A DNA stretch of 64,000 nucleotides from an uncultured Planctomycetales bacterium (GTDB lineage: Bacteria; Planctomycetota; Phycisphaerae; UBA1845; PWPN01): contig CAZUAQ010000031.1 in assembly GCA_964618455.1 (NCBI GenBank), positions 2,672 to 66,671 on the forward strand. The letters run 5' to 3'. Positions 56,241 through 64,000 of the stretch are shown here, in pieces (position 1 is the first letter of the stretch; each line of letters starts with the position of its first letter). The notes under the pieces were generated by a model. It saw nothing but the letters and a program-made list of their open reading frames with translations. It ran no database searches and was not told the DNA's origin. A program made the translations under genes and the position numbers.

Positions 56241-59108
56241 TCAACAGCGGGTTGGAATGAAATGCGCAGCGCGCCCGGTCGAATCCGCCGGCAGCGTGAC
56301 GTGGGCGATCTTCCTGTTTTCATCGAATCGTAGAGGTATCGGTGTTCCGGCATAGTCCGCCTGCAGCGGTCGTCGCGGACACCAGACGGGAATGGTCACG
56401 TCTGACGTGTTGACGGTGTAGAGCGGCTGACTCAGCACGTTGCTCTCAAATGTACCGCCGGCGGAGACAAATACCACCACAGGCGATTCCCGTTTCGGAT
56501 CCCCGTCATACACACCTTCGATGACAAACGGCAGTTGAAGCTGGTCGGCGACGGCGGGCAGGCGATGGAGATAGAGGGGAAACTTGTCCGACCACGTGCC
56601 CGTGCTTCTCGCGCTGCCCAGTTGCATGGGCAGTCCTCCCTTGATCTGCTGATGACGTGTGCTGGTGACCAGGTTGGCCCAGGCCGCTGCCCCGGAATAG
56701 AAGAACCGCCGGTCCGCCGTCTCCTGAGCCAGGAAGGTCTGGATCTCCGCGCAGAGCGTGGCCGAGCCGACGTTGCCCGGCCCCAGATTGGCTTGCTCCT
56801 GAATCAGGGTATCGCGCGGCCAGGTGCCGGCGCCGACATTATCCTTTTCCGTTCCCTGGCAGGTCAACAACCACTCGCCGCAGCGCCTCAGCACGCCAAG
56901 TAATTCCGGATTCGGGCATCGCTCGTACAGCGGGATGAGCCCGCACAGGGTGTAGCCCGCGTAGAGCGGGGAGATGCGGGGGTAACCAACGTGATTCGCG
57001 AAACCACGGACGGATCCGTCAGGCTCGAGGCCCGTCCGCATGAACCACAGGGTCAGGTCCACCGCATTGTTCCAGGAACTCCGATGGCCGTTGACCTCGT
57101 AGAGCCAGGTCAAACCGCGGACCGGGTAGGCCGATCGCGTTTGCTGATCCCGGGGATGCTCATCTCCCTTCCAGTCGCGCACGATATATCCCGCCATCTG
57201 CTCAGCGACCTCGTAGAACCAGGGATCGCCCTGGATCAGGTAACTCAAGAGCGGCCCTCCAAGGCGGCTGTACACATGCACGCCGGCATTCCAACTGCAA
57301 TAGTAGTGGCAGTAGCCCTGTGGATGAGCGATGGCCCAATCCGCGTAGAGGAGGCTGTGATCGTCGAAGATTTCGAACACTTCGCGGTCGCCTGTGCGCA
57401 AGTAGCTGAGTGCCAACGCGAGTGTGTGATCGCCGCACCGGTAGGTCGAGGAGCCGGCCAACTCTTGCGGTTCATACCATGCGGGTACATTGCCCTCCGG
57501 CACCCTCGCTTTGGCCAAGGATGCGTCAAGCGATTTCGAATTCCTGGAAGCATACTGCCATACTTCGCCGAAGAGCATGCCCCCCGTATCCGTGTAGAGG
57601 TGGTATTCGCCCTCACTCTTGTGGGGAGGCATGCCGCGCCCCATGCGGGGGTAATCATGGCGAACGGCACGCGTGCGCTGAAAGTAACGGGCGGCTTCGA
57701 GCGAAGGCTCGGCATAGATGGCGGTGACGCGATCTTCGTGGAAGATTCCTTGCGAAGTGAGAAAGTGACGATCATGGATGACGTGGGGCTTCATACGTGC
57801 GATATCAACCACGAGGTCGGGGGTGCGCGTCTGGGGGCCGGCATGCAGGATCATGCTGAAGGTGCGCGCCGCCGTGCCCCAGAACGTGATCGCGCCGCCG
57901 GCGTCGGGGGGATGCGCGCCGTAATGATTGAGTCCCATTCGACCGTCGTGGCCGGCGAAAATCGTAGATTCCAGATCGGGATCTCCCGGACCGAATCCCT
58001 GGAAATCCGGGACGATCAGGGTCAGCGCATCATGCTTGCCGGTCAGCCGGACCCAGTCGCTCGGGGAGTCCTGGCTGCCTCCGGCCGCGAGGACGCCGTC
58101 TGCTTTCAGGCTCCAATCATCCACGCGTTGCTGGACCTCAATGTGCCGCTTCGCCTTCAGGTGCGCCGCGTCGGGACCTTGCGTGGAAGGGACATATCGT
58201 TCCTTCAGCGGCATAAATGCAATGGGCTGGAGATCACGCAAAGTATACGACTCATTGTTCTCGTTGATGAAACGCGTGGCGATCAGGAGATAGGGACTGT
58301 CGGCCCAGGTTTGTATTTCAAAATGTATCCTGAACCTGTCGTTCATGATCGAGGTGTCGACGCGATAGTGCTTATGAATCAGCCCGTCGTACAAGGGGAT
58401 GATCTTTCCGGCACGGTGCTTCTGGATCGGTTGGTCCTGAGGTTGGAAAGAGACAAAAGACCCATCGGCCGCATGCACGGCACCGCCACTGCCGACTCGG
58501 ATATCAGACAGCAGTTTGTCCGGCGAGAGCGAGAAGGAAAGTCGATTGCCGCGGATTGTTATCGCGTCGCCGTGCGATTCGAGCGATAGCTTGTTCACGG
58601 GCAGCGGGCGCTGGATGTCCGGTCCCCACTTGATCGTCAAGCGTCGATCACCCGCCGCCGGAGCATCAAGAACGGTCGTGATCAGGACCCAGTGCTGCGG
58701 GCAGGTCTCGAAGTTGACGAGGGGGAATACGTCGGCGGCCAGCGGTTGATCGTGCTCGTCATAGACCGCCACGTTCGCACACGAAGCCACCTGACCCAGG
58801 GGGATGCCGAAACGAATCGGGTACGCCTCGGCTGCGGCGGGAAAGCGCACGACGACCGACGTCTCGCCGGCCGTTTCGCCGACGGGTGTGGTTCTCGGCT
58901 GCCAGACGGGATCGTCGACGTCGAACTTCCTTGGCTGACGGGCAAGTTCGTCCCGCCGATCACCGTAGGACGACTTGAAGAAGGCAGGCAAAGGTTCCGC
59001 CTGCGCAATCATGGCGCCTGCGAGCAGGAGCAGCATCATTTCGAGCAAGGTCGTACGTGTGTGATGACGAGGCCAGGCAGGGGGCATCGTGGTCTCCACT
59101 GATCTCAT
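56241..59108 (-). CDS. large secreted hypothetical protein, possibly a lyase or glycosidase with an alpha/alpha-barrel C-terminal domain
   Basis: Signal peptide; PIRFGIP beta-rich N-terminus; aromatic-rich helical repeats (SYL.TGD, LYEVNG, AQETAD) in the C-terminal half. Confidence 0.55.
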   Translation of the reverse strand: MRSVETTMPPAWPRHHTRTTLLEMMLLLLAGAMIAQAEPLPAFFKSSYGDRRDELARQPRKFDVDDPVWQPRTTPVGETAGETSVVVRFPAAAEAYPIRFGIPLGQVASCANVAVYDEHDQPLAADVFPLVNFETCPQHWVLITTVLDAPAAGDRRLTIKWGPDIQRPLPVNKLSLESHGDAITIRGNRLSFSLSPDKLLSDIRVGSGGAVHAADGSFVSFQPQDQPIQKHRAGKIIPLYDGLIHKHYRVDTSIMNDRFRIHFEIQTWADSPYLLIATRFINENNESYTLRDLQPIAFMPLKERYVPSTQGPDAAHLKAKRHIEVQQRVDDWSLKADGVLAAGGSQDSPSDWVRLTGKHDALTLIVPDFQGFGPGDPDLESTIFAGHDGRMGLNHYGAHPPDAGGAITFWGTAARTFSMILHAGPQTRTPDLVVDIARMKPHVIHDRHFLTSQGIFHEDRVTAIYAEPSLEAARYFQRTRAVRHDYPRMGRGMPPHKSEGEYHLYTDTGGMLFGEVWQYASRNSKSLDASLAKARVPEGNVPAWYEPQELAGSSTYRCGDHTLALALSYLRTGDREVFEIFDDHSLLYADWAIAHPQGYCHYYCSWNAGVHVYSRLGGPLLSYLIQGDPWFYEVAEQMAGYIVRDWKGDEHPRDQQTRSAYPVRGLTWLYEVNGHRSSWNNAVDLTLWFMRTGLEPDGSVRGFANHVGYPRISPLYAGYTLCGLIPLYERCPNPELLGVLRRCGEWLLTCQGTEKDNVGAGTWPRDTLIQEQANLGPGNVGSATLCAEIQTFLAQETADRRFFYSGAAAWANLVTSTRHQQIKGGLPMQLGSARSTGTWSDKFPLYLHRLPAVADQLQLPFVIEGVYDGDPKRESPVVVFVSAGGTFESNVLSQPLYTVNTSDVTIPVWCPRRPLQADYAGTPIPLRFDENRKIAHVTLPADSTGRAAHFIPTRC

Positions 59109-59338
59109 GTGCCCTGAAGCTGCCCGTCGCGGGGGCGGGCGCCGGTTCAGGCTGCTTGTTCACTGCGGCCGGGGCTTGCCGCGCCGCATCACGGAAAGCA
59201 ACTCTCCGGGCGTCAGATCTACAGGAACGCGTCGAGTAGGTTGTTTCTCCTGAGAAGTCGCGCTTCCATTCGAAGCGACTACGAACGGATGATTGATGGT
59301 CCACGCCCATTCATCACCGTGAACTCTCCGGCTCGCAA

Positions 59339-59536
59339 TTACCGCTCGTTCGCGCGGGGCGCCTGCTCGGGCAACGAGGGCAGATCGTCGGGCATGGCTT
59401 CGACCACTTGCCCGTCGCGCCACAGAAGAAGAGGTTGCTGATGCTGGCGGGCGATTTCTGCGGCACGGCGGGCAGCGCGAATCATCGCCGTGCGGCTACC
59501 TTCCATATCACGGAACGGATCATGTTGCCGTATCAT
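59339..59536 (-). CDS. small hypothetical protein coupled to the P-loop kinase (possible antitoxin)
   Basis: 65 aa; AARRAAEIARQ...LLLWRDGQVV; ATGA overlap with the upstream gene. Confidence 0.65.
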   Translation of the reverse strand: MIRQHDPFRDMEGSRTAMIRAARRAAEIARQHQQPLLLWRDGQVVEAMPDDLPSLPEQAPRANER

Positions 59537-60072
59537 GGATTCACTCCTTCATCTGTCAGGACGGGGGGCCATTGGCTGGCGTCGAATATCTGCCAGATGT
59601 TGACAATCCCTCGGTAGAGGTGACGGAAATTGTCGAGCCCACGATCAAACCGGCGGTAGATGTCGGCTTCCGGAACGTTGTGGCCACCTTGCTCGACGCG
59701 TTGGCGAACGCGCTGAATGGCAAGTTCGGCTGACGGGAGTCCGAGAAACATCAACTCGACCTGGTATCCCGCATCCTGCCATGTGCGGATCAGCCGCAGA
59801 TACGCTCGGCCGGCCAAGGTCGTTTCAATCGCGAAATCCTCTCGCCTCGCAGCCATCTGTCGGATACGTTCGAGCATGAGTCGCGACGCTTCCAGCGCCA
59901 TGAGGTCGGGACGAAAGGGCGACAAGCCTTCGGCGATCAGATCGGCGTTGATGAACGTCGGACAGTTTCCTTCGGCCGGAAGGAACTCACGGGCGAAAGT
60001 CGTTTTGCCCGCCCCGTTCGGACCGGCGATGATGATCGCCCGGGGGGCCGGGACAGCGGTCGAATCCGTCAT
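59533..60072 (-). CDS. zeta-toxin-like / AAA_33 P-loop kinase
   Basis: IIIAGPNGAGKTTF, FINADLIA, FAIETTLAG, RVRQRVEQGGHNVP; GGAGG RBS before ATG at 60072. Confidence 0.85.
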   Translation of the reverse strand: MTDSTAVPAPRAIIIAGPNGAGKTTFAREFLPAEGNCPTFINADLIAEGLSPFRPDLMALEASRLMLERIRQMAARREDFAIETTLAGRAYLRLIRTWQDAGYQVELMFLGLPSAELAIQRVRQRVEQGGHNVPEADIYRRFDRGLDNFRHLYRGIVNIWQIFDASQWPPVLTDEGVNP

Positions 60073-60427
60073 CGGTTTCCCTCCATCGATCCCGCCCGCC
60101 ATGGGAAACCTGTGAACGCACGCAACCACCCCTTTCCAATCATCGTTGCTAACCCGTTGCGGGCGAGAGCGCTGAGAGATTTGGGAGTCAGGGCAAGTTT
60201 CGTGGAAGGGGCGGGTTGGTGATGAACGAAAGAAGAGTCCGACCAAGCTGTTCGCTTGACCACGTGTGCTATAACCTCTTTGGACATCGCGTTATACGCG
60301 CGGCGAGCGACACGGCCATGCGCCCGATTCGCCCCCGACCACGTGCTCGTTACCGGGCGACAAAACTCCCCAGGAGCAACCAGTATCGAACCGCCACCGG
60401 TGAGAGCGATTCTACCACACCACCCCG

Positions 60428-60885
60428 CCTGATGGCCAGACCCTGTTAACCCGCCCGGCGATTTGAGAACGCAGCCATTCTCGGCATCTGTCGCCTGGTG
60501 CCGCCGGGTGGGAACGTGGCACAACCTTCGGGCCAGCAGCCACAAGGGGTTACGAGCGAAAGTGCCAAAATCGGCCGTTTTCGCGTTCTGCGCCTCCTTC
60601 CGGCTTACGAGGAGGGCGAGCTTGGCGCGGGGGCAACTATCCGGAAACCCCGGATGGTTCCGATGGATGGCGGCCTCCACCTGATGGCCAGAGGTTGTTG
60701 GCCCGCCTGGCGATTCGAGAGCGAGGCGGCTCTCGGCGTCCGGATCGGTAGCGGCCGAAGCTCCCTGCCCGATGCCATCGTGCGGAAACTTGAGACAACT
60801 TCCAGCCCTGTAGCCACAATGAGTTACGAGCGAAAGTCTCAAAACCGCCCATTTTCGCGTTCTGCGCCTCCCGCCAGCTTGCGAC
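60428..60885. repeat. degenerate direct duplication (two non-coding units)
   Basis: CCTGATGGCCAGA at 60428 and 60680; GTTACGAGCGAAAGT at 60549 and 60823; TTTTCGCGTTCTGCGCCTCC in both units. Confidence 0.85.
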
Positions 60886-60953
60886 GAACTCGCGACACGA
60901 CTTGCGACATGGCTGGCCCGAAGCTGTGACATGCTGTGACGAGCCGCTATGAC
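60878..60953. repeat. cluster of six short direct repeats ending in GAC
   Basis: CTTGCGAC 60878, CTCGCGAC 60889, CTTGCGAC 60901, GCTGTGAC 60923, GCTGTGAC 60933, GCTATGAC 60946. Confidence 0.6.
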
Positions 60954-61067
60954 ACGGCAGCCCACGGCTGCCGACCCGTCCATTTTCCGCTTGCAAGCAC
61001 CGGCAAAATACGGACAATATCCGAAGTTATCGCGACCAAGTAGCCAGGGGTGCCGAGGAGCGGCCCG

Positions 61068-61271
61068 ATGCCGGTAAACCGAGACGACATCATGACCATG
61101 GATGAGCTGGCGGAGTATCTGAAGATCTCCAAGTCCACGCTCTACAAGCTGGCCCAGGACAACAAGCTGCCCGGCCAGAAGATCGGCAAACGCTGGCGGT
61201 TCCACAAGGACGCCGTCGACGCGTGGGTCAAGCACGGCCTCAGCCCCGAGCGAGCAGGAGCTGACGAATGA
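61068..61271 (+). CDS. excisionase-like HTH_17 DNA-binding protein
   Basis: MTMDELAEYLKISKSTLYKLAQ..LPGQKIGKRWRF; GAGGAG RBS. Confidence 0.9.
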   Translation: MPVNRDDIMTMDELAEYLKISKSTLYKLAQDNKLPGQKIGKRWRFHKDAVDAWVKHGLSPERAGADE

Positions 61272-62176
61272 GCGACGTGAAACTATTCCGGGTGACCAAC
61301 GGCTCGGCCGAAGAGCTGGTTGGCCGACCAGTCAAGCTGGAGAAGAAACTCCAGTCGCTGATCGAGCGCCATCTCGAAACCTTCCTGCACGTCCGGTTCG
61401 TCGCATCGGAGTACTCGACCGGGAAGACTCACGCGGGTCGCATCGATACGCTTGGCCTCGACGAGAACTTCTGCCCCACGATCATCGAGTACAAGCGCAA
61501 CTCGAACGCCAACGTCATCAACCAGGGGCTGTTCTACCTCGACTGGCTGATGGACCATAAAGCCGAGTTCGAGCAGATCGTTCAGAAGCAATTCGGCGAG
61601 GACGCAGTTGGCCAACTCGACTGGAGCGCCCCGCGCCTTCTCTGCATCGCCGAAGACTTCACGCGGTACGACATTCACGCGATCCAGCAGATCAACCGGA
61701 ACATTGAACTGCTGCGGTACATGTTCTTCGGCGACGACTTGCTGCTGCTCGACCTGGTCAATGTCGTTTCGGCCAAGCCCATCGACGACACCGAGGAGGA
61801 AGGCGGAGAGCCGAAGCAGTACACGACGCAGGAGGAGTACCTGGCCAAGGCCGCTCCGCCGCTCAAGGAACTGTATGAGGCTGTCCGCGACCACATGACC
61901 GACTTAGGGGATGATGTGCAGGAGCGCGTCCTCAAGTGGTATATCGCCTACAAGCGGTTGAAGAACATCGCCACGATCCAGCTCCAGACGCAAAAGAACA
62001 GCCTGCTCATGTGGCTGCCGCTGAATCCCGACGAGGTCACGCTCGAAGATGGCTTTTCGCGCGACGTTCGCGGCGTAGGCCATCACGGCACCGGCGATCT
62101 TGAACTGACGATTCGAAACCTTGACGATCTGGACAAGGCCAAGCCCCTGATCCAGAAGAGTTTTGAGGAAAACTGA
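61268..62176 (+). CDS. NucS-like PD-(D/E)XK endonuclease domain fused to a DUF5655-like domain
   Basis: LEKKLQ, GRIDTLGLD...IIEYKR, QGLFYLDWL; C-terminal YIAYK...RDVRGVGHHGTGDLE. Confidence 0.8.
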   Translation: MSDVKLFRVTNGSAEELVGRPVKLEKKLQSLIERHLETFLHVRFVASEYSTGKTHAGRIDTLGLDENFCPTIIEYKRNSNANVINQGLFYLDWLMDHKAEFEQIVQKQFGEDAVGQLDWSAPRLLCIAEDFTRYDIHAIQQINRNIELLRYMFFGDDLLLLDLVNVVSAKPIDDTEEEGGEPKQYTTQEEYLAKAAPPLKELYEAVRDHMTDLGDDVQERVLKWYIAYKRLKNIATIQLQTQKNSLLMWLPLNPDEVTLEDGFSRDVRGVGHHGTGDLELTIRNLDDLDKAKPLIQKSFEEN

Positions 62177-62180
62177 CCGT

Positions 62181-64000
62181 ATGGCCCTTAAGAAGTCCCA
62201 ACTATACAGCTCGCTCTGGCAAAGCTGCGATGAACTGCGCGGCGGCATGGACGCCAGCCAGTACAAGGACTATGTCCTGTTCATGCTGTTCATCAAGTAC
62301 ATCTCCGACAAGTACGCCGACTCGGACGACTTCGCTCCGCCGGTGACCATCCCCAAAGGCGCGAGCTTTGCCGATATGCTCAATCTCAGGGGCAAGAGCG
62401 ACATTGGCGATAAGATCAACAAGCAGGTTATTGCTCCGCTCGTAGAGGCCAACTCTCGCCTGGCTCGCAGTGACTTCCCCGACTTCGCTGATCCGAACAA
62501 GCTCGGCGAAGGGCAGGCGATGGTTGCGCGACTGACCAACCTGATCAACATCTTCCAGAAGCCGGAGTTGAACTTCTCGAAGAACCGGGCGGATCACGAC
62601 GACATCCTCGGCGACGCCTATGAGTACCTGATGCGGCACTTCGCCACCGAAAGCGGCAAGAGCAAGGGTCAGTTCTACACGCCGTCGGAGGTCAGCCGCG
62701 TGATCGCCCAGGTCATCAGCATTTCGCCTCAGGTCGCCGTGGCCTCCACGACCGCCTACGACCCCACCTGCGGATCGGGATCGCTGCTGCTCAAGGTCGC
62801 CGCCCAGGCGGGCAAGCACATCACGCTTGAGGGTCAGGAGAAGGACCAGACGACGGCAGGCCTTGCCCGCATGAACATGATCCTGCATGACTTCCCGACG
62901 GCCAACGTCCTGCAGGGCAACACGCTTGCCAGCCCCAAGTTCAAGGACGGCGAGCAGCTCCGCACCTATGACTATGTCGTCGCCAATCCGCCGTTCTCCG
63001 ACAAGACGTGGAGCAACGGCATCACGCCCAGCGCCGATCCCTATCAGCGCTTCGCATGGGGCTCGCCGCCCGGCAAACAGGGCGACTACGCCTACCTGCT
63101 GCACATCATCCGCTCGATGAAGAGCAACGGCAAAGCCGCCTGCATCCTGCCGCACGGCGTTCTGTTCCGAGGCAATGCCGAAGCCGTCATCCGCAAGAAG
63201 CTCGTTCGCTCCGGCTACCTCAAGGGCATCATCGGACTGCCCGCCAACCTGTTCTACGGCACCGGCATCCCGGCCTGCATTCTCGTGCTCGACAAGGAGA
63301 ACGCCAACGCCCGAAAAGGCATCTTCATGATCGACGCCTCCAAGGGCTTCATCAAGGACGGTGCGAAGAACCGCCTCCGCGAGCAGGACATCCACCGGAT
63401 TGTCGATACATTCAATCGTCAGGCGGACACGCCTCGCTACGCACGGATGGTGCCGTTCGAGGAAATCGACGACCCGAAGAACGACTACAACCTCAACCTG
63501 CCCCGCTACATCGACAGCACCGAACCGGAAGACATCCAGGACATCGACGGCCACCTGCGCGGCGGCATTCCAGAGCGGGACATCGACGACCTCGACGCCT
63601 ACTGGAAGGTGATGCCGGGTGTTCGTGAGGTGCTGTTCGAGAATGCCGGACGCCCCGGCTACTGCCAGCTGCGACTGCCTATCACCGAAGTCAAAGCTGC
63701 GATTCTCGAACATGACGAGTTCGCCGCGTTCAAGGCCACCGTGACCGACATCTTCGGCAAGTGGCAGGCCGCGAACGTGAAGCGCCTCAAGGGCTTCGAT
63801 CAGGAAGGCCAGCCGAAGGAGCTAATTGCGACCATCGCGGAGGACCTGCTGGCCGCGTTCAAGGCTGCGCCGCTGCTGGATTCCTATGACATGTACCAGC
63901 ACCTGATGGACTACTGGGCCGCGACGATGCAGGACGACTGCTACCTCATCGCCGCCGACGGCTGGGTGGCGGAAACCCACCGCGTGATGGAGGAGGTCAA
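62181..64000 (+). CDS. hsdM: type I restriction-modification methyltransferase subunit M (partial)
   Basis: Not in the ORF track because it has no stop in the window. Translation from ATG 62181: MALKKSQLYSSLWQSCDELRGGMDASQYKDYVL...GDAYEYL...GQFYTP...YDPTCGSGSLL...ANPPF...PHGVLFRG. Confidence 0.95.
   Translation, partial: MALKKSQLYSSLWQSCDELRGGMDASQYKDYVLFMLFIKYISDKYADSDDFAPPVTIPKGASFADMLNLRGKSDIGDKINKQVIAPLVEANSRLARSDFPDFADPNKLGEGQAMVARLTNLINIFQKPELNFSKNRADHDDILGDAYEYLMRHFATESGKSKGQFYTPSEVSRVIAQVISISPQVAVASTTAYDPTCGSGSLLLKVAAQAGKHITLEGQEKDQTTAGLARMNMILHDFPTANVLQGNTLASPKFKDGEQLRTYDYVVANPPFSDKTWSNGITPSADPYQRFAWGSPPGKQGDYAYLLHIIRSMKSNGKAACILPHGVLFRGNAEAVIRKKLVRSGYLKGIIGLPANLFYGTGIPACILVLDKENANARKGIFMIDASKGFIKDGAKNRLREQDIHRIVDTFNRQADTPRYARMVPFEEIDDPKNDYNLNLPRYIDSTEPEDIQDIDGHLRGGIPERDIDDLDAYWKVMPGVREVLFENAGRPGYCQLRLPITEVKAAILEHDEFAAFKATVTDIFGKWQAANVKRLKGFDQEGQPKELIATIAEDLLAAFKAAPLLDSYDMYQHLMDYWAATMQDDCYLIAADGWVAETHRVMEEV

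Noticed and set aside
60327-60341. ATTCGCCCCCGACCA as an attR copy of the tRNA-Pro 3' end
   Set aside because: Short, imperfect, GC-rich match with an extra C and no T-arm; not distinguishable from chance.
60428-60953. CRISPR array interpretation of the repeats
   Set aside because: Only two long degenerate units, no regular repeat-spacer period and no cas genes.
60069-61235. 388-aa and other ORFs across the intergenic repeat region
   Set aside because: Partly antisense to the HTH gene, with atypical composition and no motifs.
62202-63713. 503-aa minus-strand ORF
   Set aside because: Antisense shadow of hsdM, which has clear motifs on the plus strand.

Overview
High-GC bacterial chromosomal window. 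The gene content (sulfatase, DUF1080, FG-GAP/ASPIC, PQQ-propeller, AsmA-like and DUF2961 proteins) suggests a planctomycete such as Phycisphaerae; this is inference only. Main contents, left to right: (1) a partial AraM/EgsA-like dehydrogenase; (2) a six-gene NAD-linked [NiFe]-hydrogenase operon whose subunit architecture matches the electron-bifurcating HydABCSL type rather than plain HoxEFUYH, behind a sigma54-type promoter; (3) carbohydrate-active and housekeeping genes (pepA, gmhA-hldE, xerD, UbiD family, AsmA-like); (4) a circularly permuted ATP-grasp/alpha-E/Anbu operon lacking its usual transglutaminase, also with a sigma54-type promoter; (5) tRNA-Ala(GGC) and tRNA-Pro(GGG); (6) a probable accessory region with an integrase-like stub, a Cys-motif-rich beta-propeller/membrane-anchored protein/MacB-FtsX-type ABC operon of unknown function, a duplicated non-coding element with phased short repeats, and the start of a defence locus (P-loop kinase pair, HTH, NucS/DUF5655-like nuclease, type I hsdM running off the window). 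No CRISPR array or rRNA was seen. All product calls come from motif recognition by eye; no database searches were run.
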